From Candidatus Hadarchaeota archaeon (GTDB lineage: Archaea > Hadarchaeota > Hadarchaeia > Hadarchaeales > JAGGTB01): a stretch of 64,000 nucleotides of DNA. Positions 56,612 to 64,000 of the stretch are shown here, piece by piece. How positions within the stretch are numbered: the first letter of the stretch is position 1; each line of letters begins with the position of its first letter. The position numbers were made by a program, and so were the translations under genes. The stretch spans positions 192,001 to 256,000 of the forward strand of contig CAYLJV010000001.1 in NCBI GenBank assembly GCA_964384105.1. Reading direction: 5' to 3'. Under the pieces are notes generated by a model that was not told where the DNA came from, made no database searches, and worked only from the letters and a program-made list of their open reading frames with translations.

Positions 56612-59600
56612 ATGGATACTTGGAAACCACTCGAAAAATTCTTTGAAGAAAAAGGCTTGGTAAGGCAGCATCTAGACTCTTATAATGAGTTCGTTAAGGA
56701 GGGACTTCAACGCGTTATTGATAATCATGGCGATCACCCCGATGCAGGTTGGATCGAATTGGATATTGAAGAGTTTGACGTTAAACTCGGAAATATCCGA
56801 GTTGGAAAACCGTCTGTTAGAGAGGCGGATGGTTCTAAACCTTTGATTACGCCTAATGAAGCACGACTGAGAAATCTCAACTATTCTGCCCCCTTATGGT
56901 TGGAGATGACTCCGGTTATAGGTGGGGAGGAAAGAGAGACTCAAGAAGTTTATATTGGTGATCTTCCTGTAATGGCCAATTCTGATATTTGTCCACTGAA
57001 CGAAATGTCTAGAGAGGAGCGAGTGGACGCTGGAGAGGATCCGTTGGATCCCGGTGGTTACTTTATCGTTAATGGCAAGGAGCGGGCACTTGTAACCCAG
57101 GAGGACCTTGCTTCCAATCGTATTTTGATCGAACGTGGGGGCCGTGGTTCTACGCAGGTGGCTAAGGTCTTTTCTTCTCAGGAAGGCTTCAGAGCCTTGG
57201 CTGTGGTTGAAAGGAAGAAGGATGCTTTAATTCATGTATCACTTCCTTCCGTTCCCGGAAATATTCCTTTTGTTGTGATGATGAGGGCTCTTGGTTTGGA
57301 GAGTGATAAGGAGATCGTAGACGCAGTTTCTGAAGATCCCGAAATAACAAAAGAATTTATAGAAAATCTTCAGGAGGATACGGGAGTTAATAGCCAAGAG
57401 GAGGCTCTCGATTTTATAGGAAAGAGGGTAGCGAGGGGTCAGGCTAAAGATTATAGATTGGAACGTGCTGAGTCTACGTTAAACAAATATCTTCTTCCTC
57501 ACATCGGTTCAGATGAGGAGTCTTGGGTTAGTAAGGCCTATTATTTGGGTAGAATGGCAGAGCAGACTATTGAGCTTGCTCTTGGAAAGAGAGGCGTAAA
57601 TGACAAGGATCATTATGCTAACAAAAGGTTAAAGTTGGCAGGAGACTTGATTGAGAACGTCTTTAGATTGGCTTTTATCAAACTTGCGCGTGATGTCAAG
57701 TATCAGCTTGAGCGTGCGGAATCGAGGGGTAGAGAGCCCAATGTTAAGACTGCTGCAAGAGCAGATGTTTTGACTGAAAGGATTCGTCATGCTTTATCTA
57801 CTGGTAACTGGCCGGGTGGGAGAACTGGAGTCAGTCAGCTTTTAGAGAGAACTAATTATGTTGGGACACTTTCTCATTTGAGACGAGTAGTTTCTCCGTT
57901 AAGTAGATCTCGCCCTCACTTTGAGGCTCGAGACCTTCACCCTACTCACTGGGGCAGAGTCTGTCCTAATGAAACTCCTGAAGGACCTAACTGTGGTCTG
58001 GTTAAAAACTTTGCATTAATGGCTTTAGTTTCAGTTGGTGCGGACGAGGAAGAGGTCGAAAGGAAAATAAGGGACTTAGGTGTGGAAAAAATAGAGAAGG
58101 GTATCGAGTGGTCTGGAAAATCTTCAGTTTATCTTAATGGTAAGTTACTTGGCCCTGTGGAGAATGGGGGGGAATTCGTCAAAAGTGTAAGAGCAGAAAG
58201 AAGAATGGGGGAGTTGAGCGATCAAGTTAATATTACTTCATATAAGGAAACTGATGAGATTATAATCAATTCGGATCACGGTAGAACTAGAAGACCTTTG
58301 ATAGTTGTTGAGGATGGGGAACCAAAACTTACTGATGAGGTTCTGGAAGGACTAAAATCAAATGAGTTGAACTGGGCCGATTTGATTGAGAATGGAGTAA
58401 TAGAATATTTGGATGCCGAAGAGGAAGAGAATGCATTTATTGCTATTTATCCCGAAGAGTTAACGGAAGAACATACTCATCTTGAGCTTGATACGATAGG
58501 GATATTAGGTGTAAGTGCTGCTCTGGTTCCATATGCAGAACACAACCAATCTCCTAGAAATACGTATGGCGCGAACATGGCAAAGCAGGGGCTGGGTATA
58601 CCAACTTCTAACTTCCAAATTCGTGCTGATACAAGGTCACATCTTTTACATTATCCACAGAAGTCTCTAGTTAAGACAAGAGTAATGGATGTTATGGATT
58701 ACAATAAACGGCCAGCTTGCCAGAATTTTGTTGTTGCGCTAATGTCTTTTGAAGGCTATAATATGGAAGATGCTTTGATTATGAATAAGGATTCGATAGA
58801 TCGAGGGTTAGCTCGATCAACTTTCTGTAGATTATATGAGACAGAAGAGGGAAGATATCCGGGTGGACAGGTGGATAGATTGGAGAAGCCTAGCGAGGAA
58901 ATCCGAGGTTATGCGGAAGAAGAGCTCTATCGAAATCTAGATGATGATGGTTTGATCCAAGTAGGTTCAGAAGTCAAAGGAAAGGATGTATTGATAGGGA
59001 AGACTAGTCCACCTAGATTTCTTGAAGAAGCTGATGAGTTCGGTCTAGCGATGCATCACGCTCGTAGAGAGAGCTCAGAAAGAATGAGGCCCAATGAGGA
59101 GGGTATTGTTGACATGTCTCTGTTAACTGAGAATGTTGATGGAGATAAACTCGCCAGGGTTAGGGTTCGCGATCCGAGAATTCCAGAAATCGGGGACAAA
59201 TTCGCTTCTAGACACGGTCAGAAGGGAGTTATTGGTATGGTCGTAAAAGGAGCAGATATGCCGTTTACAGAAGATGGGATTTCTCCTGATCTAATTATTA
59301 ACTCTCATGCAATTCCTTCGCGTATGACTGTTGCTCAGCTTTTGGAAACAATAGCGGGCAAAGTTGGAGCTCTGGAAGGGGAGCAAATCGACGGTAGTCC
59401 GTTTGGTGGAGTCTCAGAGGATGAGTTGAAAAAGATGCTGAAGGAGTATGGATTTAGAAAGACAGGGGAGGAAACAATGTATGATGGTAAAACTGGTGAA
59501 CGATTAAAAGCCCAGGTTTTCATAGGAATAGCCCATTATCGTAAACTCCATCACATGGTTTCTGACAAGATACATGCTAGATCTAGAGGTCCTTATCAGA

Positions 59601-59929
59601 TGTTAGCTCGTCAACCGACTGAAGGTAGAGCTAGAGAAGGTGGTCTGAGGTTTGGAGAGATGGAACGTGATTGCTTGATAGGACACGGTGCTGCTAGGTT
59701 GTTGAAGGATAGATTGTTAGATTCTTCTGATAAATACACTGCTAAGATTTGTGAAAAATGTGGAAATTTCGCTGTGGAAGATGATCGTAGGAATAGAATA
59801 TATTGTCCGGTTTGTGGAGATGATTCAGAGATAAGTGAAGTTGAAACTTCTTATGCTTTCAAATTGTTACTTGATGAGTTGAGATCAATGTGTATGGCTC
59901 CAAGATTAAGATTAAAAGAGAGGGCTTAG
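56612..59929 (+). CDS. rpoB: RNA polymerase subunit B (Rpo2), unsplit
   Basis: ETPEG.NCGLVKN, GYNMEDA, GDKFASRHGQKG, REGGLRFGEMERDC. Confidence 0.98.
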   Translation: MDTWKPLEKFFEEKGLVRQHLDSYNEFVKEGLQRVIDNHGDHPDAGWIELDIEEFDVKLGNIRVGKPSVREADGSKPLITPNEARLRNLNYSAPLWLEMTPVIGGEERETQEVYIGDLPVMANSDICPLNEMSREERVDAGEDPLDPGGYFIVNGKERALVTQEDLASNRILIERGGRGSTQVAKVFSSQEGFRALAVVERKKDALIHVSLPSVPGNIPFVVMMRALGLESDKEIVDAVSEDPEITKEFIENLQEDTGVNSQEEALDFIGKRVARGQAKDYRLERAESTLNKYLLPHIGSDEESWVSKAYYLGRMAEQTIELALGKRGVNDKDHYANKRLKLAGDLIENVFRLAFIKLARDVKYQLERAESRGREPNVKTAARADVLTERIRHALSTGNWPGGRTGVSQLLERTNYVGTLSHLRRVVSPLSRSRPHFEARDLHPTHWGRVCPNETPEGPNCGLVKNFALMALVSVGADEEEVERKIRDLGVEKIEKGIEWSGKSSVYLNGKLLGPVENGGEFVKSVRAERRMGELSDQVNITSYKETDEIIINSDHGRTRRPLIVVEDGEPKLTDEVLEGLKSNELNWADLIENGVIEYLDAEEEENAFIAIYPEELTEEHTHLELDTIGILGVSAALVPYAEHNQSPRNTYGANMAKQGLGIPTSNFQIRADTRSHLLHYPQKSLVKTRVMDVMDYNKRPACQNFVVALMSFEGYNMEDALIMNKDSIDRGLARSTFCRLYETEEGRYPGGQVDRLEKPSEEIRGYAEEELYRNLDDDGLIQVGSEVKGKDVLIGKTSPPRFLEEADEFGLAMHHARRESSERMRPNEEGIVDMSLLTENVDGDKLARVRVRDPRIPEIGDKFASRHGQKGVIGMVVKGADMPFTEDGISPDLIINSHAIPSRMTVAQLLETIAGKVGALEGEQIDGSPFGGVSEDELKKMLKEYGFRKTGEETMYDGKTGERLKAQVFIGIAHYRKLHHMVSDKIHARSRGPYQMLARQPTEGRAREGGLRFGEMERDCLIGHGAARLLKDRLLDSSDKYTAKICEKCGNFAVEDDRRNRIYCPVCGDDSEISEVETSYAFKLLLDELRSMCMAPRLRLKERA

Positions 59930-59937
59930 GTGGTATT

Positions 59938-62583
59938 GTGCCGAGAGTATCAAAAGCGTTAGATAGAATAGAGTTTGGCTTACTTTCTCCAGAGGAGATT
60001 AGGGATTTATCAGTTTCTCGAATAGTTACTGCAGACACTTACGATGAAGATGGGTATCCCATAGAACGTGGGCTGATGGATCCAAGATTGGGAGTTATAG
60101 ATCCAGGTATAAGGTGCGGAACTTGTGGAAAGAGATCTGGAGTTTGTCCTGGTCATTTTGGTCGGATAGAGCTTTCCAGACCAGTAGTCCATGTAGGTTT
60201 TGCAAGAACTGTCTACAATTTGATTAGAGCTACATGCCGAAAGTGTGGTAGAATTCTTTTGGCAGAGGATAAATTAGAAAGATATAGGGATAAACGAGCC
60301 GAGGCGAAGAAACTATCTCAGTCTTGGACTGAATATTCAAAGAGAGTTATGAGGCGGGCTAATCGAAGAGATGAGTGTCCTCACTGTGGGGCGGAACAAG
60401 AAAAGATCAAATTCGAAAAACCAACTACATATTATGAAGGCAAGAAAAGACTAACCCCTTCTGACGTTAGAAGAAGATTGGAAGATATAACTGATTCTGA
60501 TGCGAAGTTGCTTGGTTTAGATCCTAAAGTTGCGAGACCCGAGTGGATGATTTTAACTGTTCTTCCAGTACCCCCGGTTACAGTTAGACCAAGTATTACT
60601 CTAGAGACTGGTGTCCGTTCAGAGGATGATCTTACTCATAAGCTTGTAGATGTTATAAGAATAAACCAAAGGCTTAGTGAGAATCTAGAAGCAGGAGCCC
60701 CGCATTTGATAATAGAAGATTTGTGGGAACTTCTTCAATATCACGTTACTACATTCTTCACGAATCAGGTTTCAGGCGTGCCTCCTGCTAGACATAGATC
60801 AGGTAGAAATCTGAGAACGCTTGCTCAAAGGCTTAAGGGAAAAGGTGGACGTTTTCGTGGAAACCTCTCTGGTAAACGAGTAGATTTCTCTGCTAGGTCG
60901 GTTATTTCTCCTGATCCAAATATTAGCATAAATGAGGTTGGAGTTCCCGAGTATGTAGCTAGGAACATGACTGTTCCCGTTCAGGTCACTGAGTACAATA
61001 TTGAGGAAGTTCGAAACTTGATTAGGAGGGGCCCTGAAATACATCCAGGGGCCACTTCTTTGGAGGGTCCTGACGGAAGTAGGTTCGACCTTCGCTATGC
61101 TGATAGGGAAGAATTGGCCAAAATGATAGAACCTGGTTATAAAATTGAACGCCATCTTAAGGATGGGGACATAGTTCTTTTCAATAGGCAGCCAACTTTG
61201 CATAGGATGTCAATAATGGCTCACGAGGTCAAGGTTATGCCAGGCCAGACCTTTAGACTCAATCTTTCGGTTTGTCCTCCTTACAACGCTGATTTTGATG
61301 GGGATGAGATGAACCTTCATGTACCTCAGAGCAAAGAGGCTCAAGCCGAAGCAAAAATCTTAATGAGAGTTCAAGAGCAAATTCTGTCCCCGAGGTTTGG
61401 TGCCCCGATCATTGGTGGAATTCAGGATCACATAACTGGGCTTTATCTGCTTACCAAAGAAGGGTTCAGGCTGAAAAAAGAAAAAGCGCAGCAGATTCTT
61501 GCGTCAGCGGGAGTGGAGCCGGAACTTCCTGAACCATCAGGTGAGGAAGATGGAGAGGAATATTGGACAGGCAAGGATATATTCAGCTTGTTCCTACCGG
61601 ATGATCTTAATCTAAGCTATAAGGCTAGTATCTGTGATAGAGGGGGAGACTGTCAGGAGTGTGAGAGATGGGAAGATGAGGGATGCGAAATAGATGGATG
61701 GGTTAAGATAAGGAATGGTAGACTTTTGGAAGGAGTCATAGATTCAGCTTCATACGAGGCCTTATCGGATTGCAGAGTATTAGATAGAATTATTAAAAGC
61801 CATGGCACAGATGCAGCCCGAGATTTTCTTGACAAAACTACCAGATTAGCAATTGCTGTTATTAGAGGATTTGGATTCACTACTGGCCTTAATGATGAAG
61901 AGGTTCCGGAAGAAGCTAAGGAGAAGATAAAGGATGTTCTTGAGGATGCAAAGGAAAAGGTGCAAGAACTAATCGGGGTATACGATCGAGGAGAACTAGA
62001 GCACTTACCCGGTAGGTCTTTAAAAGAAACACTTGAGATGAGAATTATGGAAGTTCTTGCTGAGGCCAGAGACAAGACGGGAGAAATAGCGGGGGATCAT
62101 CTTGGGTTGAATAACAGCGCAGTTATAATGGCTAGAACAGGCGCTAGAGGAAGTATGTTAAATCTTACTCAGATGGCAGGTTGTGTTGGGCAGCAGTCTG
62201 TTCGTGGAGAGAGGCCTTCCAGAGGGTATGAGGGTAGAGCGCTCTCGCATTTCAAAGAAGGAGATCTTTCTGGAGAAGCAAGAGGTTTTGCAAGTTCTAG
62301 TTATAAGGCGGGGCTTAACCCTACAGAATTTTTCTTCCACGCTATGGGTGGGAGAGAAGGGCTTGTTGATACTGCGGTGAGGACTGCTCAGAGTGGGTAC
62401 ATGCAAAGACGTCTAATTAATGCTTTGCAGGATTTACGAGTTGAACATGATGGAACAGTAAGAGATGATCACGAAAATATTGTACAGTTTGAGTATGGTG
62501 ATGATTTGGTTGATCCGGCTAGAAGTGATAGAGGGAAGGCTGTTAATATAGATCAGATAATTGAGGAAATAGTTGAGGAATAG
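59938..62583 (+). CDS. rpoA1: RNA polymerase subunit A' (Rpo1N)
   Basis: CPGHFG, GKRVDFSARSVI, YNADFDGDEM, GGREGLVDTA; GTG start after GGTGG. Confidence 0.98.
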   Translation: MPRVSKALDRIEFGLLSPEEIRDLSVSRIVTADTYDEDGYPIERGLMDPRLGVIDPGIRCGTCGKRSGVCPGHFGRIELSRPVVHVGFARTVYNLIRATCRKCGRILLAEDKLERYRDKRAEAKKLSQSWTEYSKRVMRRANRRDECPHCGAEQEKIKFEKPTTYYEGKKRLTPSDVRRRLEDITDSDAKLLGLDPKVARPEWMILTVLPVPPVTVRPSITLETGVRSEDDLTHKLVDVIRINQRLSENLEAGAPHLIIEDLWELLQYHVTTFFTNQVSGVPPARHRSGRNLRTLAQRLKGKGGRFRGNLSGKRVDFSARSVISPDPNISINEVGVPEYVARNMTVPVQVTEYNIEEVRNLIRRGPEIHPGATSLEGPDGSRFDLRYADREELAKMIEPGYKIERHLKDGDIVLFNRQPTLHRMSIMAHEVKVMPGQTFRLNLSVCPPYNADFDGDEMNLHVPQSKEAQAEAKILMRVQEQILSPRFGAPIIGGIQDHITGLYLLTKEGFRLKKEKAQQILASAGVEPELPEPSGEEDGEEYWTGKDIFSLFLPDDLNLSYKASICDRGGDCQECERWEDEGCEIDGWVKIRNGRLLEGVIDSASYEALSDCRVLDRIIKSHGTDAARDFLDKTTRLAIAVIRGFGFTTGLNDEEVPEEAKEKIKDVLEDAKEKVQELIGVYDRGELEHLPGRSLKETLEMRIMEVLAEARDKTGEIAGDHLGLNNSAVIMARTGARGSMLNLTQMAGCVGQQSVRGERPSRGYEGRALSHFKEGDLSGEARGFASSSYKAGLNPTEFFFHAMGGREGLVDTAVRTAQSGYMQRRLINALQDLRVEHDGTVRDDHENIVQFEYGDDLVDPARSDRGKAVNIDQIIEEIVEE

Positions 62584-62592
62584 GTGTTATGA

Positions 62593-64000
<1,408 letters not shown>

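Noticed and set aside
61630-61690. Cys-rich segment in RpoA'
   Set aside because: Matches the metal-binding insertion commonly seen in archaeal Rpo1N.

Overview
Archaeal chromosomal window of moderately low GC with Glu/Lys-rich proteins. The unsplit rpoB, Thermococcales-like HypA/Mrp-type HypB and archaeal pheS/pheT, mat and SecDF point to a deep euryarchaeal lineage, possibly MSBL1/Hadarchaea-like (inference only). Housekeeping genes include pheST, adk, thiL, pth2, rpl10e, EF-2, rsmA, mat, the HMG-CoA synthase/thiolase/DUF35 cluster, secFD, nadX-nadA-nadC, tRNA-Tyr/5S/tRNA-Asp/tRNA-Lys and rpoH-B-A'-A''-rpl30e. There are three accessory regions. (1) An arsenic island at the 3' end of tRNA-Leu(CAG): arsR-thioredoxin-arsP (broken by a 10-bp tandem duplication), HTH plus ABC-2 exporter, and arsR-arsM. 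(2) A block of bacterial-like genes: csp with a structured leader, citrate synthase, a PC4-like ssDNA-binding protein and a membrane-anchored alpha/alpha-barrel protein. (3) A nickel/hydrogen region: hypA-hypB(Mrp), nikR divergent from fmdE plus a FecBCD-type ABC importer, fprA, and a group 3b NiFe hydrogenase whose adjacent maturation protease has decayed. The best leads are the NikR-FmdE-ABC module, a Zn-ribbon Cren7-like protein, the protease pseudogene, HybD-like motifs in DUF1512 and the ars-island ABC exporter. No CRISPR array, intact transposase, integrase or intein was seen. All calls come from motif recognition by eye, without database searches.
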